DNA of 64,000 nucleotides from Chara braunii (lineage: Eukaryota; Plantae; Charophyceae). The stretch lies in contig BFEA01000015.1 in assembly GCA_003427395.1 (NCBI GenBank), forward strand, positions 3,487,459 through 3,551,458, in the 5' to 3' direction. This document shows positions 26,199 through 39,229 of this stretch, one piece after another (within the stretch, counting starts at the first letter, position 1; each line of letters opens with the position of its first letter). The notes beneath the pieces are model-generated. The model did no database searches and was not told the DNA's origin. It was given only the letters and a program-made list of their open reading frames with translations. The position numbers and the translations under genes were made by a program.

Positions 26199-29100
26199 TT
26201 TTTTTTTTTTTTTTTTTTTTAAGGTTAATATTAATATTGAATGAACTGAGGCCAGGGTTCTCACAGTCTACCCGGGAGAAAGAATCTCTGGGAGCCTAAC
26301 CCAGTTTCGCTTTTTACGAGACCCAAAGGGACCCGAGGATACAAAGAGCAAAAAAAAAAAAAAACGAATGAACACAACAAAGCACTGACCAAAGGTAGTT
26401 TTCGGACCTACCAATCACTACTGTCCTCACCCCTTCGCTAAAAAAAAACTAGTATTAAATCTATTACCAGAAATTGACAAAAAGTAGCTGCCAAATCCAA
26501 GTTATACCTACCGCAAACGTGAAAGAAGAAAAAGAAATCTAGGCCAGGGCATTTATCCCTAAGCAATCAACATATCAATCTGTAGATAGTTCTCATAGCC
26601 ACTACCGGGGGACGGCCTAAAAGAGGCGGCCTAATATACCCCACCATCGTTATCGAGACCTAAAAAGCGGTCTGTAAATCTTATGAGATCAGCCAGTCAT
26701 CAAATTTCAAGTTTCCTTCTGCAGAGATTGAGACCCAGCCACTGTTTTTTGTCCAGGTCTGGGAGAACTAGAATCGTTTTTTTCGAGTCTGAGTGCAAGC
26801 CGCATGCCAATCTACCCGGACTGCTTGCCTTACCAGAGATTTAACCAGAGCTACCTGGCTTTGGAAGGAGACTGATTCCTGTTTAAAGGCTGCTTTATTG
26901 CGAGCCTTCCATAGAGCTTCCATCACCGCCCTACGACAGGCCAGGGCCTCATATGCCCACCCTGAGAAGAAGTCTACCTGTGTATGGGTCATACCGTATA
27001 AGGACAATTCCTGTGTCCAGAGAAAGTTGTCCCCTGCTACAGCCTTCCATCTCTCTTTCCACCATTCCCAAACTTGAAGCGAAAAAGGGCAAAATAGCCA
27101 GATGTGGGACGCAGATTCCCAGCCATAGTTGCAGCGCGAACACTGTTTGGTGATATACATGCCCTTTGAGGCTAGCCAAGTTGTTGAAGGTGTTACTAGG
27201 AGCACTTGAATCCAGATCAGACTTGCCTGCTTATGAGAAACCATCATTTTTAGTGTTTTCCACCTCCCAAACAGATCCATATTTCTTAAAATAAAACCCA
27301 GTTTTTTTGCCAGTCTCTTTGTCGCCGTCAGCACCGGCTGTTTCTTAACCTTCGCCCGTAGCAATTCAACGCCAATTTTCGAGCTATACAAAGCCACTGG
27401 GGTCGAGCTGTTAGGCTCTGATCCAGCATGCCAGCCATATAGTAATGGCTCAATTAAGATTGAGGAGGCATCTTTTGTAATAAGGGAAGTCGTTTCTTGT
27501 TTTGCATGAGACTTAAGGAGGACTCGACATTCTACTAAATCAATAGTTGAAGGAATAGTCCTATCCTCCCCTTTAGTAAGTGAGGACAGAGCAGAGGCCC
27601 TCGACTTCCTTTTCCAGACTTGTACCTTTATCCCGTGTGGTAAGTCTGGACCGATTACTCTTAGCATCTCCCGTGTGTCGTCTGTGTTTAAGAGTCAGGC
27701 CCTCAGGCCATGTTCCACTGTGCTAGGCAGCAGGGCCTTCAGTAAGCTAGAATTGCACTGAGCAATGTCTCATAGTTACTAACTATAGTCCGGAGTGTAC
27801 CCAATTTTTGTCGAAGCTCAGTATCTAGTACCCAAGTCCCCCGGTCTTCATCCCATATGTCCTTGATCTGCACAATCCCCTTCTTTATCCAAGCCTTGCC
27901 GAAGGATCGTGGGCCCCCATCAGCTTTTAGGGAAAAGTTTTCTGAAGTTCTAATGAAGGGAATTTCGAATAGTATTTGATTTAAAACTTTCCTTCTTGTT
28001 TTTGGCTGTCTGAGAACCTCTGGGAATAGTTTGTGTCAGGCGTATAGAATATTTCGCCAAATCTTCGAGTTGGGGTTTCTTGGGGCAAAGGATGGAATGA
28101 AGAGACAAAGCCATACATCTGCCCCTCTTGACAGACTCCATTCTTTACAGAGGATGTATTCAGCCAGGTGGACCCAAAGTTTAGACCGACTTCCAAAGGC
28201 TACAGATATAACCCATTTGCTAAGAAGAGCCAGGTTCTGGTGGACTGGGTCAATGAGGCCCAGACCACCCAGTGTCCTTGCCACAGCTATGGTCTCCCAG
28301 GCCACTTTCCATATGACACCCTGTTGGAGGACTGCTGCTGGTTTTCATATGTAGCGCGCAACCTCTCTCCTGATCCGGGAGTAGACACCCGCCCCCAACA
28401 GATGAACTGAGAGCGGGAACCATGAAAGGGAAAATGTTGCTGAGGTAAGTACTAGGGCTCGACCAAAGAGTGACAATTTGAAATTCCAAACCCAGCTGGT
28501 AATTTTTGTCGTAACCTTACCTGTAAGCATTGAATCTTGGGCTGCTGAACAGTCCGAAAGGGAGACCTGAACCCCCCAAAACCGGTTTGATGCATTAGCA
28601 GGGTAACATTTCAATCCCGAATCCACACTCAACTCTCGGAAGTAGGGAAGAAAATATATAGATTTATCCCAATTTATGAAAGCTTCAGATAACTCACAAT
28701 CCGTATCTAAAACCTTCCTAAGTTCCTGAAGGGATGACGGACTGTTGTCGCATGCTACAGTGAGATCATCTGCAATCGCCCCCCCTTTCCATTCTAATTC
28801 AGGGGTGAGCTTCAGACCAACGATGTTCATATTATTTCTAATATTGTCTAGTAAGACTTATAATTGAAGAACAAATAGGAGTGGGGCTAAGGGACAGCCC
28901 TGCCTTAGGGAGCGTGTTAACTGAAATTCCTCGGACAATCTACCATTTACCACCACAACCGATGCTGCAAACTTGTAGCTAGCGCCTACCCAGGTTCGAG
29001 GGCCAAAGCCCATCTTTTTTAAGGAGGTGTGGACAAAGCTTCACTCCGCTTTGTCGTAGGCCTTCTCCATATCGAGGAGGAGGACCGCAACATCCCTTTT

Positions 29101-32100
29101 TTCTTTACCAATAACTTTCAGAGCTTGGATGACCGAGATCATATTCTCAAAGAAGAAACGCCCTTTTACAAATGCCCCCTGTTCCCATTCGATCAGGGAG
29201 GGGAGGAGTTTGGTCAGGCGCAAGACTAATGTTTTGGCAAAAAGTTTGTAAGTGACGTTAAGCACTGAAATCAGTCTCCAGTTGCGGACATCTATTTCCC
29301 CCCCCTTTTTGTACATGAGGGAGATCATGCCCTGTGTGAAGCCCTTCGGGAGACGGCCCGAATGGAGGGTCTGATTGTAGATATCACATAGGAAAGGCGC
29401 AACAGTCTCCCACGTGGCCAGAAACAGTTCTACTGGCAGACCATCTAAGCCGGGGCACTTGCCCTTAGCCATCGCCTTAGCTGCACCCAAAATTTCAAAG
29501 ATCTCCATGGGTTTGTCCAATTCAAGGGCAGCATTGTGAGAAATAGACTTATTAGAGCAGTCCCAAAAGGGTGACGATTTAATCATGTCCCGAACAATCG
29601 AAGGGGTGAGAAAATTCCCTGATCAATGATTTAGATTTGCGAAGCAGAAGAGAACGAAAAGTTAACTTTGTCATTTTATCATAGTCGATAATTCCTCTAA
29701 GCCTAAGGAATTTGATCCATTCCCCTTGTTTCCTTATGTCTAAGGCTTCTAGGCGGACAAGGGCATCCCTTCGGATACCGGACCAGTGAAAATTTGAAAA
29801 AGAATCTTCACCCATTTGAGACCCAGTCTGGCTTATGATTTTAACCAAGGATTTTTCTTACCAATTTTTCTTTGCTGCCTTCATCCTAGAGAAGGTGATC
29901 AGACCCTGTCTGATAATGAAAATTTATGTATTCGCCCACTGAAGATAATAAGAGAATAGGACCTTTGCCTCCAACCATTTCGTCAAGTGAGCATTGATCC
30001 ATTCTATGATACAAGGATCCTTCAACAGGTTAGCATTTAATCTGAATGGAGGGCAATGGCGGCCGACCGTGTCCTTGGGAAGGATGTCTAATGGAACTGG
30101 ATAGTGGTCGGACATGGAGGTCGGTACCACATCCCACCACATGCTTCGGTCCCACGAGGCATCTCCGACTAGAAATAAATCCAATTTTTTTCTTGGGGCC
30201 GGGGAGGTTGGAGGGGGGGGGGGGGGGGGGCAAACCAAGTAAATCCATTCTCTTGTGGATGAAAGGTTCTGAAAGCATCGGAAAAGGACTGCGTTTCCAA
30301 AAAGGAGGAAAGCATTATCGAGTCATCGCGCAAGGGGGGCGTACCCAATGTGTCTAAACCCGGATTCAATACTGCATTCCAGTCCCCACAGATAATGATG
30401 TTTTCCGCATCTGGTAAGCAGCCGGGTAGGTTTGCGGAAAATTACTGACGACCATTATAATCCACAGGGGCATAAACAGTCATAATAGGTCATTCCTCTG
30501 ATTCCAGCGATAATTTAAGCCAAGCCCATCGACCTTCATTATCATGGTACTGATATAGTATCACGATATCTAGATCCTACGTAGCACCATGTTCGCGTTC
30601 GGAGGCGAACGCGAACATGTTCGCCCGAACGCGAACAAGCGCCCAAAACCCTCCGAACGCAAACATAAAAAATATTTAAAAAAAAAACAAAAAGTTCTCA
30701 GAAAAATATGAAAAAACTCTATGTTATGTAAAATAACAATACAAGCAACTTTTGCCTTGCAGTCATGTTCAAATTCGTAGCCAATCATGATTTAAAAATC
30801 ACAAACCGAAAATATATATATATATATATTTTTTTACGAAAAAAAAAAATGTTCGCGAGCTGTTTGCGCGAACGTGTGAACACGTTCGTGCGAACATGAA
30901 GGGGCGCGAACGCGTTTGCCGTGCTACGCAGTCTAGATCCTTATTCACTAGGAGGACAACTCTACCTCTAGTCCCCTCCGCAGGGGACCAGACCTGTGGA
31001 CCCTCCCACCACCATTGATAGAGGCAATCGTACTGTGATCTAATTTGGTCTCTTGCAGGCAGGCAATCTGCACATTATGTGAATGGATTCAGTTCTTAAA
31101 TCGCGCTTTTTTGTATTTCTTATTGGAGTCTCCAAAACCACGCACATTCCAAATCAAGAGTCTAATTCTACTTGGTAGAACCATCCCCTGAACCTCTATC
31201 GCGTGAGATTTGGATGCGCGATGCTGACTTCTTTCGAATCACAGATCCCCTACCTCTCGGGAGGGTGGGTTTGCGACCCCGACCTGAAGGGGCAGGGTGA
31301 GATGTGAATGCAAGGTTTGTTGTGAATCTTTCTGACGCAAAGCCATCCGCTGCCTCCGTGTGGTGAAGCCACTCCGCCACCTCCTGGGCAGATAGGCCTT
31401 TTGGAAGACTGATGTCTCTCAGCGTGTCAGAAATCTTGTCCAAGAAGCGGGCTAAGGGAAGCCAGTAAATGTGCCGAGAGCGCAGTTTTTCCAGGTTCGT
31501 TGGGCTCGCCTGGAGGGCTAGGCAGACTATGTGGAGGACTGTCTTACTGCCTTGCGTATTGGTCGATATGTGACGGTCACGCTTAGGAGTCTGCAAAATG
31601 GTGCAAACTCCAGAGTTTCGCAAAACCTGTTTCTTTGTGGTCGAAAGCCATAAGGAATCAGGGGGTGGGCCTGTGGTGGGGACCGCCGGAAGTGACAAAG
31701 CTTCATCTTTGTCCATGTTTGTAAGCACCATGGGGTCATGGGGCGAGGCCGTGATCACCAAGGGAATGAGAAATTCTTTAAGATTGTCTGATTTCTTATC
31801 CTTTGCTGACAAAGTGTGCATCGGATGGGAAAAATTCAAGGATTTATTTGTATCGGGGGGTTATCACTGATACGCCTTGGCCCTGTTCTCCGTACTTTTG
31901 TGGGGGGGGGGGGGGGGGGGGGGGGGGTTGGTTATTGGACGTTGAAGGTACCTCCTTGATCTCAGAGACCGGAGTTCCTTTTTTGGATGTGCACTGCTTC
32001 TTCGCAGGGGAAGCCGCAGAGAGAGGGGCTTATCTGAACCAGAAGAAGCAATGGGTACAGAGCGATTGGACTTAGCAATTTTTAACGGATAGAGGTTTTT

Positions 32101-33850
32101 CACACCAAGATTTGAATCATAGTCAGCCTCATCCTGAGAGGATGTATAGGCCTCATTTACAAACACTCGGGAAGGGGAGAGGATCACAAGGCCCAGGGGA
32201 GGGTCAAAACCATCGTGTAATACGATTTTATTACCTTTTACAATAAATTTGTGTTCCGGTTGATCCTCCATGGCCTCGTTGTCATCCTCACGTTTACGTT
32301 TTTCCCGTCCAGGGGTGAGTCGATCCTCATCCATCTTATCAGAGAGGACGACCAGGGATTTCCCTAAACCCTTAGCTATATTACGCATCCCCTTCCCACC
32401 CTTCTCCACCCTTGGATCCACCACTTTCTTACCCTTCTCCTTGTCCATTTCTGGTTTCCCCGTATTTGACTTTTTTTCTCCTTTCTGCTTATCAACATAT
32501 GCGGCATCCATACCAGTTTTCCCCTTTCTACCACCTTTCTCTTCCCTCTTGTCTATCTCCTGCCTGTCTTTGTCCCCTCCCTCCTTCTGCTGTTTTCCTC
32601 CATCCTTCCCACCATCCTTCATGTTCCCTCCTTTCTCGCCTCTTCCCCCCTGGCCGGCCTTCTTTGCCGCCTCTTTCCCTCCCTTTCCCTTAACTCTTTT
32701 TGTTCGATTGGCAAAATTCATCCCCTTTTGAATGGAAGTGTCATCTACAGGCAGAGCACCACGGGGTCTCTGCACATACCACTTCCAGTTCAACATAGCC
32801 ATCCAAACCTTGGTCGATCACGAGGTATCTCTTGTACCGACGCCTGGCGGCTGAATCCAGGTCACACCTTACATTCAAGAGATATGGATCCAATTTGTCC
32901 CTAAATACCAAGTATTCCTTGATTATATTGCTATCGTAAGCATCACATACTGCTCCTGGGAGAAGGGGGAGGACCCCAATAGGGACATGCTGATACCTAA
33001 TCCAAAAAAAACGGTGTTTCGCAACCTCCCTCCACTCGCAGAGCTCGTTTTCTGCCATCCATAGTCTGAACGAGATCGTGTATTTGACCTTGTCAAGTTC
33101 AATACCTGTTTGAGTCATTTTGAGCATCCACGTCGCCATCTCACTGGTGGGGGCAATATATGTAATCAAATTCCGACCCTCGTTAAGAAACAAGCCCCTC
33201 TTCGCAGGCGAGGCGATTTGGGTCGAGCTGGCCCAACCATCCTCATAGATCTGAACTAATCGTTTTTAACATCTATGGGAACTGACGCGGATTCTTCTCC
33301 AAAAAGGATGGTGACCTCATGCTCACGAAGCCATTCAGACTGGATTTCGTAGAGCTCCGGGTTCACAGCAACCTGTGACGAACCAATTTTTGTTCCGCAC
33401 GATTTTCTGTGCGATGACAATGAGGGGTCCTAAGATGGGAAGGTCGGGCCAATTACGGGAGATCAGGATTGAGGGGAAATTGCATCGGTGTCCTCGCTTC
33501 TTCGTCTTTTTGCATCGCTTCTTTTCGGATGGCTAGGTTAAGGGCCGGGCAAATCCCGAGATGACCGGTTGAGTGGCTGTCGCGCTGACAAAGGCGCGAT
33601 TGATAATGTTTGACGTCGCTTCTTTCTTGTTCTGTTGTCCGGTTTTAGGCGCGGAAATCGCACGGGAAGTTTTGCTTTTTTTTTAATTTCTTTTTCGAAT
33701 CTTATCGGCCCTCGATGGCTCTTGGAATTTTGGACTTTCTCTTCGGAATTTGCATTTTATTAAAGTTCTTTTTGCATTAGCTAGGAATTTAGGAATTTAG
33801 GATTTATTTTGTCGCGCGCTGCCTTGTTGCTCGTGTGCTTCTTTTTGCGG
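26199..33850 (-). mobile_element. Decayed L1/Tx1-like non-LTR retrotransposon (ORF1 + APE-RT ORF2) with poly(A) tail
   Basis: Minus-strand peptides: APE motifs IWNVRG (~31150), CLQETKL and SDHYPV; RT motifs KCPGLDGLP, WRLISVLNVTYK, DMEKAYD, LRQGCPLAPLLF and IADD; GGLGL; zinc finger CSRC...ESASHIWLFC. ORF1 fragments lie at 31168-33400. Poly(T) on + at 26199-26220. Many stops and frameshifts. The 5' boundary is approximate. Confidence 0.9.
30577..30931. mobile_element. hAT-like MITE inserted in the LINE endonuclease domain
   Basis: Perfect 8-bp TSD TCTAGATC at 30569-30576 and 30932-30939. TIR ctacgtagcac / gtgctacgcag. Confidence 0.92.
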
Positions 33851-34680
33851 CTGCAACGGAGCTCTGATTAGTCGGCGCCCTTAATCTTGCGCGTAACCGT
33901 AATTTTGGGCAGGGCGCTGTCGGCGCGAATACCCAAACAAGGGTATCCGCCCTTGTTTTTGCAAGTGACCGGAAGTACGAGTAGAGCGGGTGTGGGCGCG
34001 CGGGATTAAGGCCCGTGTGTGATTTTTCGACTTTGGATTATGCAACCGGCGTAGTTGGCCGGCCTGACTCTGGCTACTAGGAGTCAAAGGTGCCCTTGGC
34101 AGGGATTGGTGACCGTGGTAGTCTAACGTGCGAAGTAGGGTGCGGGGCGGCCACGACGCAAAGAGGGCAAACGGGCTTAGGAACCTAGCAGTAGCATGTC
34201 TAATGGGAGGTAGGAAAGAGGCCTGGGGGCTGCGCCGCACCTGTTCATATGGAATACCGTGCTGGCCTGTACCAGGTTTGGGCTTAGCCCTATAGGTTAC
34301 GGTGTCAGATTGTTATAGCGGAGATACGGGGATCGAGGCCAACGGGCAGCAAAGTGGAGCAGCAGAGCACTGTGAAGAAGGCCGAGGGGTTGAGGGTCCC
34401 CCGGGATTATCCCTTTTGGTTTTGCTGAGGGGAGTCAGGCAGCGGGCCCGTGAGGTAGGACCAAGTACCAACGGTCCTCCTCCCCCTGTTCCGTCTCTTT
34501 AATTTTTTTCCTAAGCCTTTTTCATTATTTTATTTTATTATTGTATTTTTTTTTTTCGTATTTTTTTTTTTTCCCGTTACAGGGCTTGGTCCGGTACCAG
34601 TCCCAGAACCGACCAAGGAACCGAACAGCCTAGTTTCGTGGGTGCACCACAAACTGCTGGGGCACTACTGTCAAGGAACG

Positions 34681-34787
34681 GTCCCTCGGGACATCTGTTA
34701 AAATTGGGACGATACAGAGAAGAGTAGCATGGCCCCGGTGCGAGACCGACGCGTATAAAATCAGGAGGTGCCCGACCTTTGCTTTTT
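34681..34787 (+). pseudogene. U6: U6 snRNA-like copy, 3' half diverged
   Basis: gtccctcgggacatctgttaaaattgggacgatACAGAGAagagtAGCatggcccc matches the 5' half of plant U6. Ends in T-runs. No TATA box at -30. Confidence 0.85.
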
Positions 34788-37687
34788 GCTGGTGAGCACG
34801 ACGAGGTCGATGCTATACTGCTAACAGTGCACTACGACTGAAATAGNTGAGTGCAGACGAGAGGGAACGGGGAAGGGAGTTGGCGAAGAGGACGAGAGGG
34901 GAAGGCAGGGGGGATACTGCCTGTTGACTGAGCTGGACCTTCGTATTTGCTACAAGGTGGTTGATGAAGGGAGTGAAGGGATCTGGCCGAGGCTCCGAGC
35001 TAAGTACACTGGAAGGTTGGCGGGTGTGTGCGCCAACGGGGAGCGAACACGAAGAGGGACCTGGACGCACATCCACACCAGATACAGTCAGTTCTGCTAT
35101 CAGTAGGTAGGCGGGAGCGAGGGTCATGGATGGGAGGACGGCGTACCGCTATAAGATTAGCTACGGGCCTGGCCGCAACTAAAAGGCGCTGCCAATAGCC
35201 AGCTGCACTGAGTGTATCCGCCCATGTTCTGGCGGAGGAATCATTCTCGAGGTGTGTCGCCGTGGAACCACTGAAAGAGAAAGAGAGGGGGAGTGAAGCG
35301 CCGGCCAGAGAGGGATGCGAGGCAGGCAAGAGTGAGTGCAGGTAAGGAGCGATGCACAGCTAGGCAGCGGAGCTGGGCCACAAGCAAGCCGATGGCACGG
35401 GAGTAAACCCGGTCTAGGGGAGGCACTGAGTGCGTGCGGGGGGAGAGCGGTGCAGGCAGCGGTGCGCAGGTAGCAAAGTGGGCACATAGCGGATTGGATG
35501 GGTGAGGACAGGCGGTGCCAGGCAGCGGCGGGGAAGGTGGCTGTGTAGGAGAGCAGACCGAACTTGGGCCCGAAGTGGCTCGAAATGCATACAGGAGAAG
35601 CCGACGGGGTGGCTGAGAAGGCCGGGTGAACCTGGACAGAATGTCGCGTTGGGTGCAATGGAGGTGGGCATGGAGGAGAAACGCAAGTGACGGTGGTGGG
35701 AGGAAAAGTGAATTCCTCATTCGTTTCTCGACGGTTTTGGTCGAGAGAAAGTGCTACTCTATGGTTGGGGATAAGGCAAACCCAGATCTAACGACAGAAC
35801 TAATGGAAGGTGAGTAGGATAGAGGGTCGGAGCAAAAAGAGCCGCGCGGCGCTATGGCGGAGAGAGGAGAAGATTGGGAGTAAAATTGCCATAACTTGGT
35901 CACTTCGTGGCCGTTTTCAGCGATGTAAGATACTAATCCGGGGTTTTTGGCCATTGCGAATCCAATGGCAGTGTCAGATTTCGTAATGGAGTAACAGATT
36001 TGGTGGGACAAGGTGTGGGAACTGCGCAATTGCTATGAAATTCTAGCGGGAGTTTTATTCTCACTTTTTATTTTACTTTGTGTTTTTTTTTTAGGACATA
36101 TATATATATATATATATACATATGTATATATATATATAGTTTTTTTTTTTATCTTCTTTTCTCCTGTTTTAGTAAAAGGATTTGGTATGGAGGAAAACCG
36201 CTAGCACGTCTTGACGGTCGGGCGCTACTTGTGTCATTTGTTTGAAGGTGTTGTTCTCCCTCCTGATTCCTCTCTTCAAGAATTGTCTACACGGTCGAGA
36301 CCTGCTTCACCTTGATTGGACCTCCGACCCGACCGAGGTGTTTCTGATCTCGTGGTGGAGTTAGTAAGAGAGAGAGAGAGAGAGAAAGAGAGGGAGAGAG
36401 TCCTACCTACCTACATGAATCTGGCCCTGATTCAACAAAAGGGTCATCCACACCTAGAGGACGACAACGAGCAGGTGCTTGAATACTAGTAGAAGACTCG
36501 GCCCCTCTTCACCCACTCGGTACGCAGTTGTCTGTCACTGATCAGGTGTTGGCTCTCCCTGCTTACAGTAATTGAGAGTTTAGTTGATTTTTATTACGGC
36601 TATGAAAAGCTGCACATGGGTTGTTGCTATAGTCAGTAGTCATATACTTGCATCAAAAATGCACGTCTGAGTATGGGCATTTTGCACAGTGAAAAGTGTT
36701 GGTGGCTCACTAAAATCAGCTACTATTTACGTAATGGTTTGTCTGCCAACCAAGGAGAAAGGTTGTGGTATTACAGGTCTATCTATTGACTGGCAGACCG
36801 TCATTTCATCAGCCGGTGCCGCAAGAAGACCAGCTGCGGAGACTGTTGAATTTACGGCTGACTGAAGAGCTGATCAACCTGTTGTTTCTGAGTAAAGAGG
36901 GGGCAAGCCACAGGGATGAAAACCCGGCCGCTGGCTAAGACTCTGCCGATCGTATCATGCGACGCAGCTGTAGGCGGGCATAAAGGAGTAGGCCGGTCAG
37001 GGGGCGGTGCACTGTTCATCCTATTAGACGAAGAAGAGTGGGAGGGAGTGTGTGCAGGCTGTTTGCCGTCGATTGGATGGGTGACTGAGGCGGGCTGAAT
37101 TGGGTACAGGGGTATACCCGCACCTTGCCTTTGGAACTGGCTTGCGGAGGTAGAACGAGCAAGTACGGGTTGAACCTATGGGGGAGCTGTTGGCCAAACT
37201 ACAGCGGTCTTAGCGGAACATGAAACCTCATTGTACACTTACTAAGTCTCGTTGGAGTGTGTTTCTGCCTATGAGGTATACTCCTTGCCTCGGTGTATCA
37301 ATATCATAGTAAGGGTCTCCCTCGCTGCAACTATAAAGGAAAAGGAAATCTTCACAAGGGAGTGTATCTTCCCACATTCTAGCGGGAAGTTCATCCTCAT
37401 TTGGCATGGTTGAGGAGGAACGGATTGGGCGAAGACCGCTGCTGAGGACTACCACTGAGACTGGGCGAGGCTGCGGTTGTGGGTGGCGGCTGCCGCGACT
37501 GCTAACCTCCACTGTGTATTGCCACTGTACCTGAGGGTCAGGGCATAGTGTTAGGCAACTGTCGTTGGACTTGGAGGAGGGGTTGGACTGAGGGAGGGAG
37601 CTTGGTGCTGCGAGTGGGAGGATCGTCAGGGGGGGGGGAGCTACTTCGACAATTTGACTTTGTTGTTCAAGCTGTCAGTTGGCTGCC

Positions 37688-37940
37688 ATTGCGGGGCCCT
37701 CAGGCGACTGAAGATAACGAGGCCCTCTCATGCGAGTCTGAGTGCACCCCCCTTGGATTTGAGAGTCTCAAACCTACCTCTTTCTGCCCTTCGCACTCTA
37801 AGTCTAGTCCATTGGTTACGAGAGGAAGGCGGCAGGCGGGATTGCAACCCGTGGGACCGCATCAAGGTTCTGTGGGAAGTCAGCCCACCGATTGCGGAAG
37901 CTCTGCCGGAACCTAGGCGAGGTTCTGGAGGCAGGGAACC
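37688..37940 (+). ncRNA. Putative structured RNA block 1 (homologues 8808-9062 +, 4441-4690 -)
   Basis: Hairpins are conserved with compensatory changes across three copies: gcggg-attgcaa-cccgt (C) vs gtagg-attacaa-cctgc (A); gaacct/aggttc (C) vs gaactc/gagttt (A); gtggg/cccac. Confidence 0.55.
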
Positions 37941-38204
37941 ATCAAGTAATCTCTTTCTATCTGTATACCCCACTACGTCCATGTTTGCTTATCCCCTATA
38001 GCTTGACTGATGTATGCATGCCTGTCCCTATGATTTTTTGATTCTATTCATGACTTAACCAGACAAAGTAAAGGAAGGCATGTATAATGTCAGTTTCAAC
38101 TTCTTTGCCTGATTGAAAGCAGATTGTGGAATTGCATCTGGGGGAAGGGTGGGAGAAAGACAGTATTGCATGAAGTTTGACTGGGTCAACCAAAGGCTGG
38201 GCCA

Positions 38205-38914
38205 GTTCCATAAGTTTGGGAAGGCCCAGTGCTGTGTTTTATTTTGTATTGCCTGGAGAACCAGACAAATCCATAAGTTTGGGTGGTCTGGTTGCTCTGA
38301 CTTGTGAGGGTTGAATGTGATTGTTTTTTCAGACGCAGTCGAATCCATAAGTTTGGGTAGTCTGACGACCTTGTTTATTTGGGGGGTTTTACAGTTTCTT
38401 TGGTTTCTGAACGAGGAAATGAGCATGTCCCATAAGTTTGTGTGACTCTACCTCTTCCTGCTTTGGTCTAATAGAAATAAACCAGGCTGAGGACCAAGAC
38501 ATGTTCCATAAGTTTGGGTGGTCTTGGTTCAACACCTCGCACATGCTGGAACCGGAAGGCTCTAACTTTGATATACTTTACGATTATACTATCTATGAAC
38601 AGGCTAATCAGGCTGGGTTCCATAAGTTTGGGTGACCTGACTATAGCTTATCACCAACTGAAGAGAGTACTTAACTAAGAATAAACTTGTGGTACGAAGG
38701 GGCAGGCTGAGTCTTGAGCTGAAGATGATCGGCTCAGCTATATGCTACCTCAAAAGACTAAGTACAAACAATTATATAAACCTTAGATACTTAAACAGTT
38801 CAGGGCGACTAGGATGGCCTAATCATATGCCCAAAGAAGAGAAAAGTTGTTGTGCCCTGTGTTTGTGTATACTTCTTGGTTGGGCTAGACACGTTCTATA
38901 AGTTTGGGTGGTCT
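38205..38914 (+). repeat. Repeat-spacer array, 7 x ~21-nt TTCCATAAGTTTGGGTGGTCT
   Basis: Units at about 38205, 38268, 38343, 38427, 38503, 38617 and 38893, separated by non-repetitive spacers. Confidence 0.9.
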
Positions 38915-39229
38915 AGCCTTATGCCCTAGGTAAGCTGGGTATAAGGGATAAATCATTGAAAGACTACGAGCTATTGGTTGCTAAGGTAACTTGGGAATGG
39001 AGAGAGAGTGCATGTTTGTGGTTTGGCCTGCATGTGACTGAGTGATGTCACTTCTTAGTTTGAACTTGAATTTGATAGGTAGTTGCTGTAGTTGCTCGCC
39101 ACGTGCTAGAGTCGTAGGAGTTAGAGTCATTTCCTGCATTTTCTGGGCTCGTTTTTTTTACTTAGATCCATTTCTGCAGTTTTTGGATCCTTTATTTATA
39201 CTTGGTCTTGTATAAATATTGGTAAACCA

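Noticed and set aside
33900-36050. Possible second retroelement ORF1 on the - strand
   Set aside because: Short Pro/Ser-rich ORFs without recognisable motifs; cannot be assigned.
38205-38914. Bona fide CRISPR array
   Set aside because: Eukaryotic context, no cas genes, irregular spacer length, and spacers orthologous between copies. Reported as a repeat-spacer array instead.
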